20,000 nucleotides of DNA from Balamuthia mandrillaris (GCA_031835245.2 JAVKOQ020000081.1:174816-194815); one strand, 5' to 3'. Numbered from the stretch's first letter, positions 1 to 10,699 are shown. A program made the numbers and translations. Notes: a model not told the origin generated them from the letters alone.

Positions 1-2
1 AG

Positions 3-1492
3 GTCATGGTGCAGGTGGGCGCGGGCGCGGTGAAGCCCGAGAACCTCAGCAAGCCCCTTCGCATGGAGTTTTACCGGCGCGGGCTCGAGCCCAAGCGCCA
101 CATTGCCGAGTTTCCTGTCAGCGAGAATGGAGTCCTTCCTGTGGGTTCGTTTGAGCTCTGCTTTACGCTGTTTTCTCCCTTGGCTCTTCCTGCTTGCCAT
201 TTTTCCTCTTCCTCTCCTCTCCTGTCCTTGTCCTTGTTCTTCTCTTCCTTCTTGTTTCCTTGCGTCTTTCCGGCTTCCTTCTTTCTCCTCTCTTCCTTTT
301 TCCTTTTTTTCTTCCTTCTTTTCTTCCTTCTTTCTTCTTTGTCTTTCTTCTTTCTTCTTCCTTCTTCTTCCTCTCTTTGCAGGAAGTTCTTTCTATGCCT
401 AACTTACGAGAATAAAAAAAGGTACGGAAATAAGGGCAGAACACTTCACACCGGGACAATACCTCGACATCTCAGGAGTGTCCATTGGCAAAGGTTTCCA
501 AGGTGTCATGAAGAGGTGGGGTTTTGCTGGCCAGCGTGCCTCTCACGGCAACAGTCTTTCGCATCGAGTTCCGGGTTCCATTGGTCAACACTCTGTATGC
601 TCTTCCTCTAGTTCTTCTTTTTCTTCTTTTCGCTCTTTCATCCAGTGTTTTTATTTTCTAACAAACGAGTTCAATGATGACTAGATTCCAAGCAAAGTGT
701 TTAAGGGCAAGAAACTTCCTGGACGCATGGGTGGCAAGAACTGCACCGTCAAAAATCTCTTTGTACACTTCGCTCTCTCGTTCTCTCCCTCCCTCTCTCC
801 TTCTCCCTTGCGTGTCGTGATCCTCCCTCTCAGTTTCTCATTTTCACAATCAACGTTATTAATCGCAACAACTCCAACAACATCAGTTATGGAAGATCAA
901 CACGAAGCACAACTTGCTCTACGTGCGCGGCCACGTACCCGGCCACGCCGGCAGCGTTGTCCGCATCAGCGACGCTAAGAACAAATGGCACTACTTCCCT
1001 CCTCCCTACCCCACCTACATCCGCAAAAAGGACGAAACGGGCGAGGAGGAAGAGCTGCCCCACATCATCACCGCCAACTGCAAGCCGCCCGAGTGGTGGA
1101 GCGCCATGCAGGCGCGTAAGGCGGCCTTTGCCGAGGACCCCTCCAAGAACAAGGACGACTCGCTGGACGTGGTCTCCATTGTGGAGGCCTACCGCAACAG
1201 CTTCCCCACCGTCGACAAATGGAGGGCCGGGGAGCTGCCCTCCGGACCCTGGATTTACCGCGATAACTCAGCGTTCGTCTCTCCCGGCGAGATCTCCTTC
1301 ACCAGGGCGGAGAGGGACCTGCTGAGGTTCGAGGTGGAGGGCGCGGAGGAGGAGAGGCGCGCGGCGGAGCTGCTGTCCGAGTGGTCGGCGGAGGCGTTGG
1401 GCATGAGCGAGCTGGCCGAAGAGGAGGAGGAGGAAGAGGGATTCTACGAGGAGGACGAGGAGGAGGACGAAGAGGAGGAGGACAGAAAGTAA
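3..1492 (+). CDS. MRPL3: Mitochondrial (bacterial-type) large-subunit ribosomal protein uL3, 5'-truncated by the window edge; exons 3-144, 422-594, 685-762, 887-1492
   Basis: The spliced translation has uL3 signatures: [77 protein letters not shown] and [22 protein letters not shown]. All three introns are GT-AG and keep the phase. Stop TAA at 1490-1492. Confidence 0.93.
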
Positions 1493-1856
1493 CAGATGAT
1501 TCCCTTGCAACGGAATGAAGGTTCCGCAATGAAGAGTGGAATGCGCGACAACGAACAACACCCCAAAAGAAAACTAATATATGGGCCATACCTATCTCTT
1601 GTCTACCTCCTGCCTTCATTGCAGGTACTTTTTGTCCGCTCTCACGTCCTTCCACCAAATTAGGGCATTTTTCATTTCATTTCCGCTCTCCGCTGTTTTT
1701 TTTGTGGGTGCAGCGAAGAGAGAGAAAAAAAAGGCCTCTCTCTTCTTTGGCCAGTGGTGCGGTGGTGGTGGAAGGAAGCAGTAGCAGCGGCGTAGTAGCT
1801 TTTTTATTTTGTGTGTGGAGGGCTGCGCTTGATTCATCTTTTTTTTTTAAAAAAAA

Positions 1857-1939
1857 ATGAATATGATGAAGGTAGAGTTCTCTTTTTTTTATTTATTTAT
1901 TTTCGATCTCTTTACAGCTGTTTGATGGATTTTAAATTT

Positions 1940-1971
<32 letters not shown>

Positions 1972-4900
1972 ATGTCACTCACTACTGCTGCTACTGCTGC
2001 TACTTAGGGGAAGAAGAAAGAGCAAAAGAAAAGCTCTGGGCATAAATCGGGTGGTTCGAGCGGCGGCAACACCAGTGGAGAGGCGGTCACGAAGCTGTTA
2101 GAAAAGCTTGACACGATCCTAGTCTCGGTTCGTACTACTTTTTTGATGTTGTTGTTCTTTGATTTAAACACTCGCTCTCTCATCTGTTTTATTGTTGTGT
2201 TTGTTTTTTCTTTCTCGTCGGTCGTTTCGTGGCTGCCTCTCCCTTCCTTGTTGTTTCTATCTTGTCGTTTCTATTCGCTAGCGTGCATCCTTGTTGTTTG
2301 TTTTCATTGCTTCCTTCTTCTGACTTTACGAACGCTTTTTTTTCCCCACAATACAGGATGAAGAGGAGGAAAGCGAAAGCCATTCTTCTGGCGGCAAGAA
2401 CACACCAAAAGACATTCCCAAAATGGGACCATACAAGTACGCTCTCTCTCTCTCTCTCTCCCTCCCGCGCTCTCTCTTCTCTCTCCTCTCTCTCTCTCAC
2501 TTTCCTCTGCTGGTTTCTTCTCTAAATGTTTGTTTGTTTTGGTGTGCCATAGAGAATGGATATTTCTACCAGATATAAAAGTGAAAGGAGCACTGAAGGC
2601 GGATGGTGAGGCTATTAACGGCCCCGTGGATGACTTGACTAATCAAATGGAAACTGTACATAACGTAGCATCAGGGCTTGCGATTTCTAGTTATCCCAAA
2701 GGAGTTAGTGCTTCCCTTCCCTCTCACATTGTTCTTTTCTTGCTCGTAATAGGGGCACTGAAGGTGCTTTATATTACTGAAACTTAAACAGCAAGGAGAA
2801 CCCATTTGCGACTTTTTTATGTTGGAGCTGTTCGAAAGGCGGAGCTTGGTGTGTCTGGCTGATGGTTGCTCTTGGGGAGAGGCTCCTCGTCAGGCTGCTC
2901 GCAAAGCTGCCCACGCTTACATGGAATATCTTAAGCAGAATTTAGAAAGCATCACTGACATACGGTTTCTCCGCCTCTCCCTCCCTCTCTGTCCCTCTTT
3001 CTCACTTTTGTACTTTGTTTTCTTTGATTATTCAAATGTGCAGAGAAGCTGGCCGCTTGATCTTGCGCGCTTTCTACAAAGCTCACACCAAAATTGTGGA
3101 AGGATACACCGAAGTATGGGATGCAGGCACTACCACTCTATGCGGAGGCATCATGTTGGAGTTGGACGAGAAGGATGCAGAGATGTTGGCTAAGCTTCGC
3201 GGAATGACTACCCACAACACAACCCATCGCAAGCTTTTTGACACTTCCTCCTTTCAACAACTGTATCGCTTGTATGATTCTGATTATTGCAGCTTGAACA
3301 TCACCATCCACAACAACTGCACTTCACCACCTTCTTCTTCTCCTTCATCATCATTATCTTCTTCGAATCATAAGAACGGTTCTCCCAATGTGCAACGCAA
3401 ATCAGCAAACATTAGTCCTTCCCAGTCCACCAGTGCTTCTTCATCATCTTCTTCCTCCTCAAACAAAGAAAAGAAGAAAGAAACAACAAGGAGTAAGAGC
3501 AGAGCAAACTCGAAGAACTTGGCAGAGTTGCAGATGCTGCAGCAACGACAAGCGAACGATCCACGGTGGGTCTTTGTCTGCGCAAGCGTTGGTGATTGCA
3601 AAGCGTTTCACTACGACAACAAAACGGGGTTGTTCACGGACATAACGGAGGGCAATCGCACCAATCTCACCGATGCGAAGGACCCTGGCGGTCGTCTTGG
3701 TCCTCAGGTTCAACCGGAAGGCGGTCCTGATCTACGAAATTTGGTGGCTTTCTCTTTTCCCTATTCTTGTTTCTGCTCCTTTCTCAATTCTTTGTTTGAT
3801 TGAACCCCTTTTACTCATTCTTATCCTTGTATTTGAAATACAGGCGTTGTACTTTATTCCTTGCCGCGATCAAGACATTATCTTTCTGGTATCAGATGGA
3901 GTGCATGACAACTTAGACCCCCAAAACTTGGGAATAACGCCCGGCCATTTAGGCTTGAAGTACAGCACATGGGAAGAGGCCGAGAAGCAAGACCTGCGAC
4001 TCGCTGATGAGACCAAAAATCAGTTCAGGATTCAATACTTGAACGATATCATTAAAAAGGGTACTGCTATTCTATTCTGTTTTATCTTTTCTCTTTTCCT
4101 TTTCTCAACATTTTTTGTATATTTTTTTTGTGTCAACCAAACAGCAAAGCGAAAAGGAAGCCCATTGACCCCAGCGCAACTGGCGGCGCAAGTAACGTAT
4201 CATGCCTACGCTCTAACGCAATCGAGCCGACAGTTTATCGAGAACAACTCCCATGCTCGCCTCCCGGAGGACTACACCCTTTATCCTGGCAAAATGGATC
4301 ACACCTCTTGCGTCGCCATTTTCGCTGGTGGTTTGACCTTAGAAGGAGGTAAATAACCTTTTCTCACTTCTATTCTTTCGGTGAAAATGTTTTGTATAGT
4401 TAACGTTTTTCCTCTCGCTGTTCTCCTTCTTTCTTTAAAGCCTCATTGGAGGATTCAGAAGAGCCTTCCGAAAGCAGCAGTACCGAAAACCTCCTCACCC
4501 AGGACACTTTCTACCAAGCCATCCCCCTCACTACCTTCCTCGACTCTGCTTCTTCTGCCTCTTCCGCTTCTTCCACAGCATCCTATTCCACCTCTCCATC
4601 CGCCGTGGCTTTTCACAACAACTATAGCAACAGCATTAGTGATACAGCTTACAGCAAAATTCCTGTTCACTCGCCCCGAGGTGAAAAATCACGACAACAA
4701 CAGGCCCAACAACAACAGCAGTTGCCTCGCTTGAAGGCCATTCGTTGTTATAACATGGATCAAGAGCCGCTGGCGGAGATCCATGCGGTTCCTTCTGATA
4801 CTATCCACAACATCATTGCGAAGATCAAAGATGTGCGTCTCTTCCTCAATCTCTATTGTCATTCTTTCTTTTTTCGTCGTTTCTTGTCTTTCTTGTCGTT

Positions 4901-5135
4901 ACTTTTTCTATCCCTGGAACTGAAGAATAATTCTTTCTTTTTTTTTTTTTAAAAAAAGGAATTGGAAGAGGTAATAGAGGGCAGGCCGTTCCGTTTACGA
5001 AAGGGAGATGAGGATTGGGTTCGCAAGCCGGTTCCAATCCTGAAGAAACAATTCGACAAGAAGGCCTACGACTTTTTCATCTTCGAAAAGGACATCATCG
5101 TCATCCAGTTTCATCCTCTCAATAACTCGAGTTAA
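1857..5135 (+). CDS. PPM/PP2C-like Ser/Thr phosphatase-domain protein (~742 aa) with Ser-rich insertions and a C-terminal small globular domain; exons 1857-1871, 2008-2127, 2357-2436, 2553-2703, 2792-2964, 3044-3743, 3844-4060, 4145-4348, 4441-4832, 4959-5135
   Basis: The spliced ORF is 2229 nt with no internal stop. PP2C-like motifs occur in order: GEPICD, CLADGCSWG, DAGTTTLCGG, ASVGDCKAF, DPGGRLGP, FLVSDGVHDNLDP, PGKMDHTSCV. The four expected metal-binding Asp positions are present. The two 5'-most exons are the least certain. Confidence 0.85.
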
Positions 5136-5553
5136 GTGATTAGCTCGTCCAAGACCGGTTTTGGGGAGGAAAGAAGACACGAAGAAGAAGAAGAAGAAGA
5201 GGAAGAAGAACAAGAACAAGAAGAGAAAGATGGTGATGAAAAAAAAGAAGTAGAAGAAGAAACATGAAACGGTTTTCCTCAACTTTGGGGAGTGAAAAAA
5301 AAAAGGTGGTACCAATGTAGCAGCTCACCTCAATAGACTGTTTATTTTGTGTTTGTACAAATATGTGGTCTGGAGAAATGCCTTCTTTTTGGCTGGCTCA
5401 GTGTGATACCAGAGGAGAAGAAGCAGAAGAACCAATGGAGACCAAGAAAACGAGAGAAAAAGAACAAGAAGCAGGAAAGGAAGAGAAGAGAGGAAGAAGG
5501 AGAGCTATTCTCGCGTTTGTGTGTTTTTTGTTAAAATACGAAACATGCTTCAT

Positions 5554-6280
5554 TCATCCAAACATGCCAAAAGGCGCAGCACCTCCAGAGGGGGAGATGG
5601 AGAGCTCCTCCTCCGCCACCGCCACCAAATCCGCCATAGCGATGCACCTCTTCTCCGGCTCTCTCCTCAGCGCCGCGAATGCGGCCGCCTTGTAGCAACA
5701 GTTCTTGATGACCCCTCCGCTGAACGCAAACTTCTCCGCCAGCTCCCTAAAGTCAATGTCCTCCTTCAGCGGCGCTTTCGGCGGCAGCAGCTGCCGCCAG
5801 AGCTGTTCCCTCTGAGCGACATTGGGAAGCTCAAACTTGACGGCGAAGCGGAAGCGACGGAAGAAGGCCTGGTCGATGGTGTCGATGAGGTTGGTGGTAA
5901 GGATGGTGATACCAGGGAAGCGCTCGATGTGATAGAGCAGGATGGAGGTGTCGAGGTTGGCGTAACGATCGGTGGAGCTGCTGGGATCGGCGTGGCGGGC
6001 GCCAAAGAGCGCCTCCGCGTCGTCAAAGACCAGGATGGCGTCCAGGCTTTTGGCCTCCTTGAAGACCTCCTCGATGTGTTTGCCGGTCTCGCCGACGTAC
6101 TTGTCGACGAGTTGGCTGGCGTTCACCATTTTGAGGGGTTTGCCGGTCTCAAAGCCGATGACCTCTGCGGCGAGCGTCTTGCCGGTTCCTGGCGGGCCAT
6201 AGAACAGACAGGTGGTGCCTTGATCGTTGAACGTCTTCTCGGAATAGCCCCATCTGTTTGTCAAAAAGAAACACATGTGA

Positions 6281-6317
<37 letters not shown>

Positions 6318-9272
6318 AACTATACTCGGAGAAAAGGATTTGACTGGCTTTTTCCATTTGGATGATTCTCTCCAACTGTCTGAGCACCTCCGGCGTGGCA
6401 GTGATGTCCTCGATACCCCTCGTCGGCACTATCCTCCTGTCAAAGTCCACCATGGCTAACCTTCCTCTCAGCTGGTTGATGGCGCCTTGCTCCAAATCCT
6501 TTTGGGTGATGACAGGATCGTCTCCTTCTCTGGTGACGGCTTGGGAGAGGGCTATAAGAATGGCATTCTTGATGAAGCCACCGGTTAGCTCGTACTTGAG
6601 AGCGAGCCGCTGAAAGTCAACATCTTTGGCGAGCTTGACCATTGGCGGCATCAAGAGGCGCCAAATGTCCGCTCGCAAGTGGGGATCTGGTTGTCGGAAC
6701 TTTTTCATGCAGAGAGAGAGAGAGAAAAAGAAGTGAGAACACTAGACATAAGACTAATGAAAGAATGGAAGAGAGAAAGAGAGAAAGAAAGAGAGAGAGA
6801 GAGAGAGAGTTCAGTGGGGCAGGACGAAACCTCAATGGCGAGTGTTATGCGGCGATGCATTGCTTCATCCAAGTCGAAAGCTCTGTTGGTGGCCATTATC
6901 TGTTTGCCAGATTTAACAAGTTAACATCTGGAGGAGGACATGTGGATAGGAAGGGCAGGAGGACAAAGAGGAAAAGAAACAGAAAAAGAGGAAAGAAGAA
7001 AACCATACAATGAGTCCGTTATGTCGCTCAATTTCGGTGAGGAGCAAGTTGACACCACTTGCAGAAGTTTTATCTCGGGACATGAAAATGGTTTCACATT
7101 CATCTTTGTTGTGTATGGAGAAAGATGAAAGAGTGAGCAAAGTATCACCGGTTTCTATTTTTTTAAAGTGTTAGAAAGCGGTACGTACCGAAGAAAAGGA
7201 CAGAGTCTGTCAGTTTGGCCTCTCGGAAGATGAACTTGATAACGTGGTCAGCTTGCATAAATCCCAGCGATGGATAGTTGATCAACAGGATTCGTTTATC
7301 TAACATTGCAGCCACTATAAAAAGAAGCGGACAGAAATAAGTGAAGAAGAAGACAATAGAGGGAAAGGGAAGAGATGAAACGCACAAGCGTTGGCCATCA
7401 TGGTTTTTCCAGTGCCACTCTTTCCAAAGAATAACAACAACATGCCAGAACCGTAGGCAATCTGCCATACAGAAGAAGGGAAGTAAGTTTTAACTAAAGA
7501 AGAGAGAAGAGAGAAGAGAGAAGAGAGAAGAGAGAAGAGAGAAGAGAGAGAGAACGTACTGTGTCACCGACGGACAACTTTTTAGAGATGCTGGTAAACT
7601 TATCAAAGTTGCGAACAGTGTTCACAATCAATGACTTTTGATCTTCGGGTAAAATGACAGATTCAAGCTTTACATTTGGAGTGTACCTGGCCAATAACAA
7701 GCGTCTTTAGCAAAGAATAGCTCTCAAATAGAAGAGAAAGAAAACGAAGAAGAAGAACAACAACAAGCATAAAAAGAACATGAAGAGCTTACAAATGACT
7801 GCCTTCCACCAATTCTGAAAGCTCAGAGTCAAGACCAACAATGAAATCCAACATTCTTCTATCCAGCTCAACGTCCGTGTTCATCAGTTCTCTGTCTGTA
7901 GTTTAAGTTATTTAAAAGTAAGCATTTATGTATAGACTTACAGAAAGAACTGAAAACAAACCCCATGTGTCAGACAAACGGATGATGCCTTCTCGCACCA
8001 GCCTTGCGTTCTTGTAAAAGTAACTGTTTTGAGCAAACCAAAGTGAGAAATACATACACAGTTGTTCCTCTCTCTCTCCTCCTCCTCCTCCTCTCAGCAC
8101 TCATTTTAGTACCTTCTGTTCTTCAGCTCTTCTTCGAAAGAGTTGCAAAAAGTGCTCAATAAAGCGCCAACGTTGAAGTTCTCCACATTCGTGGAACGGC
8201 GATAGCGAGACGCGTCCGGAGATATCTTTGGAGAGATGACATTGGCCACCAAAGTCAAAAGGATCAACCGCTCGAATGGTTCCAGGTTGAGACGCAACGC
8301 CAGTCGTTCCAGGCGAGGAAGCCATTTGCCTGAGTTGCGGGCCACTGTCATCTGCATTCATTTAACTTGGCGTTAAACAAAAATAAAAGAAAAACCAATA
8401 AAACAAAACGTACAGCAACTCTCTTCTCGCATTTGCCTTTCAACATTCGTTCCTTCGCTCTCAGCTCCCTCAACTGCAGCTCCTGCTTGGCATCATGATC
8501 CAAGTCCTCCTCCCTCTCTCTTGCCATGTTGATCACTCGCAACTTAACAGCCAACCAGTCGATGTGATCCGAAAGATACTGAACGTTGTTGGTGTAGGGA
8601 GACAGACCGGAATCATCTTCTTCGCCAACTTCTGTCTTTTTCGGTTCATCATCTGCGCTTTGAAGATATTCTTTTTCCATCATCACTTCCATTCGAAGAA
8701 TATCAAAGATGTCTTCTTCCTCTTCCTCTTTTTCCTTCTGCTTTTGGCTATCCTCAGAACCGGAGTCAGCATCAACTTCCTCTTTACTCTTCTCCTCGGC
8801 ATCGTCGTCGCCTTCTTTGTCTTCTTCATCGTCACTGCCTGTTTTGGAGGTGGAGAGATTGGCTTGGGAGCTGCGTAAAAGTTTGTACTTCTTGCCAGCA
8901 ACATCCTCTTCGCAAACAACCTCTGCTAAAACGGTTTTGTCGATCTTTAGTTGTTGTTCCTCTGAGAGCTCCATTCCCGCCTTTGTTTTTGGTGTCACCA
9001 GGGAAAACAAAGTGAGAAAGGGGAGAGCTGAGAGAACGAAGACAAGAAAGGTGGAGCATGAAGAGACAAAGAAGAATAAAGAAAAGGATAGTTACCAGGA
9101 CGCCAGCTGTGGTATAAGGGATCTTGAAGGAATAACTGGAGACAGGATCGTCTTCGTCAGGACTAAGAATGCCTTCCTTGACGTGCATTCTCTCCGCAGA
9201 AATAAAGTTCAAACCTTCACTCAACGTCATTTCGCAATACTGCAAACAAAAATGTGTGAACAACTAAGCAGC

Positions 9273-9313
<41 letters not shown>

Positions 9314-9948
9314 AGAAGAAGCAGAAGAAGAAGAAGAAGAAGAACAAGAAGAACAAGAAGAACAAGAAGAACAAGAAGAACAACAACAACAACAACAAGA
9401 ACAAGAACAAGAAGAAATTAGAAGTTACAAACATTGAGCATGCCATTGAAGTAAAACCCGGTGCCGTCAAACAACATGTCGCCATAGGTGAGCACCACGA
9501 ACGCCATGGCATAGGTCTCCTTCTCGCTGAGCTCCAACCGTTGGGCCAACCGCACGCAGCGCGGTTGCAACGCCCCCGTCCTCCTGTGCTGCTCCAGGCG
9601 AGCCTCAATGAGGTACTTGGCGTAGGCGTGCAGCCCGCGCAGCGCCTCTATCAGCCGGTTCAACTCCTCCACATCCACTCCCTTGGCGCTGCCGCCTTGT
9701 TGCGTCGTCTCTTTCTTTGGCTCGCTGAAGACCTTTCGGAGGTTCTTCTTGGCCTCCTCCCCGGCGGACCAGACCTCGAAGACGGCGTTGACGGCGGCCA
9801 GGTAGTCCATGTCCCGCAGGAAGAGGGCCTCGGGGGAGCGGGTCAGCTCCGTCCAGGACTGGGGCCGGAGGCAGTAGGGCAGCTTGGGATAGTCCCGAAG
9901 GAGCTGTTCCAGAGTGGGCGGAGGGAGGGTAGAGAGGGGGTCGCTCAT
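5554..9948 (-). CDS. Tandem (D1+D2) AAA+ ATPase, ~1065 aa, bacterial-like COG0464/Afp15-Pvc15-type; exons 9948-9433, 9239-9096, 8980-8414, 8351-8113, 8023-7962, 7895-7793, 7686-7560, 7461-7386, 7314-7189, 7103-7009, 6899-6831, 6699-6326, 6253-5554
   Basis: The spliced ORF is 3198 nt. D1: FFGKSGTGKT (Walker A), VLFFDECE (Walker B), MATNRAFDLDEAMHRRI (sensor 1/Arg finger), YELTGGFIKNA. D2: FYGPPGTGKT, VDKYVGETGK, LVFDDAEALFG, DRYANLD, ILTTN, IDQAFFRRF, FAFSGGVIKN. All 12 introns are GT-AG with consistent phases. Confidence 0.9.
7498..7553. repeat. Intronic GA-rich microsatellite (AGAGA/AGAGAGA units)
   Basis: Visible directly; lies within AAA intron 7559-7462 (-). Confidence 0.85.
9266..9417. 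repeat. Compound intronic microsatellite (GCA)n-(GAA)n-(CAAGAAGAA)n-(CAA)n in intron 1 of the AAA gene
   Basis: Visible directly; lies within intron 9432-9240 (-). Confidence 0.9.
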
Positions 9949-10645
9949 TTTTCTGTTCCTGTTTCTTTGTTTGTTTCTCTTTTTTTTGAAGAAGAAGAAG
10001 AATGGACAAGAGAACAAGGAGAACAAAAAAGAAACAGGAAAAGTAGGCTTGCTGCCGCTTGAGCGAAAAGACGGACTCAGAGGCACCACCGGCGGCGTTA
10101 CGGCCCTCTCCTTCTGCTAATTTCACTCCATTTCTATAATTTTTCTGATCGATCGATCTACTCCTTGGCCAATGAAAATTCAAAACCGAGGGACATCGGA
10201 CCAATCCGATTTCATAACGTGGATATTAACCTTCCATGACGACGCGAAAATTGGCTCGATGCATGCTTTGTCCGCAAAAAATACAGCGAAAGAGAAGAGA
10301 GAGAAGAGAGAGAAGAGAGAGATCGACTTGACCACCCGAGAGCGATTTGTTTTTTTTAAAAAAAAAACAGCCACCACCACCACCGCAGGGGTTGGCGGTA
10401 AAAACAACGAAAACACCCAAGGTAGGAGGAGGCACGCTCATTTTTGTTTTTTGTTTTTTTGATGAAGCGCTACCCCCTTTTTTTTTGTTGTTCAGTTTTT
10501 TTTTTATTATTAATAGATTTTTATTATTATTATTTTTTTTGGTTTTAGTGAAAAAGAGAACAACGCACGGTACGAAGAGCGCAAAAGGGAGTGTGTTTGT
10601 TTTGGTTTTTTTCAAAAAAAGCCTTGAGTCTCTCAATCCTACGCC
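9949..10645. promoter_or_regulatory. Divergent (bidirectional) promoter region between the AAA ATPase and UBR4 genes, with three CCAAT boxes
   Basis: Start codons point away from each other at 9948 (-) and 10646 (+). CCAAT at 10169 and 10201, ATTGG at 10250. Confidence 0.55.
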
Positions 10646-10699
10646 ATGGAAGCTGATCCCGACCTTCTCTTGGCTATCGCTTTGTCCGAGTCTCTAATG
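10646..10699 (+). other. Putative ubiquitin-interacting motif (UIM) forming the whole first exon: [18 protein letters not shown]
   Basis: Matches the UIM consensus (acidic patch, then L-x-x-A-x-x-x-S). It is followed by a GTACGT donor at 10700. Confidence 0.65.

Noticed and set aside
5363..5695. 110-aa ORF between the convergent PP2C and AAA 3' ends
   Set aside because: Low-complexity GA-rich sequence overlapping the AAA terminus in antisense, with no recognisable motif. Probably UTR or intergenic.
5521..6459. 312-aa plus-strand ORF
   Set aside because: Antisense shadow of the GC-rich AAA exons. It also runs through an intronic GA repeat.
7936..7941. Strong GTAAGT donor on the minus strand within an AAA intron
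   Set aside because: Using it gives a stop or frameshift with the available acceptors. The GTTTGT donor at 7961 keeps the frame.
8709..9608. ORFs with poly-Ala/Glu/Gln or poly-Cys/Phe runs
   Set aside because: Translations of the intron-1 microsatellite and of antisense exon sequence.
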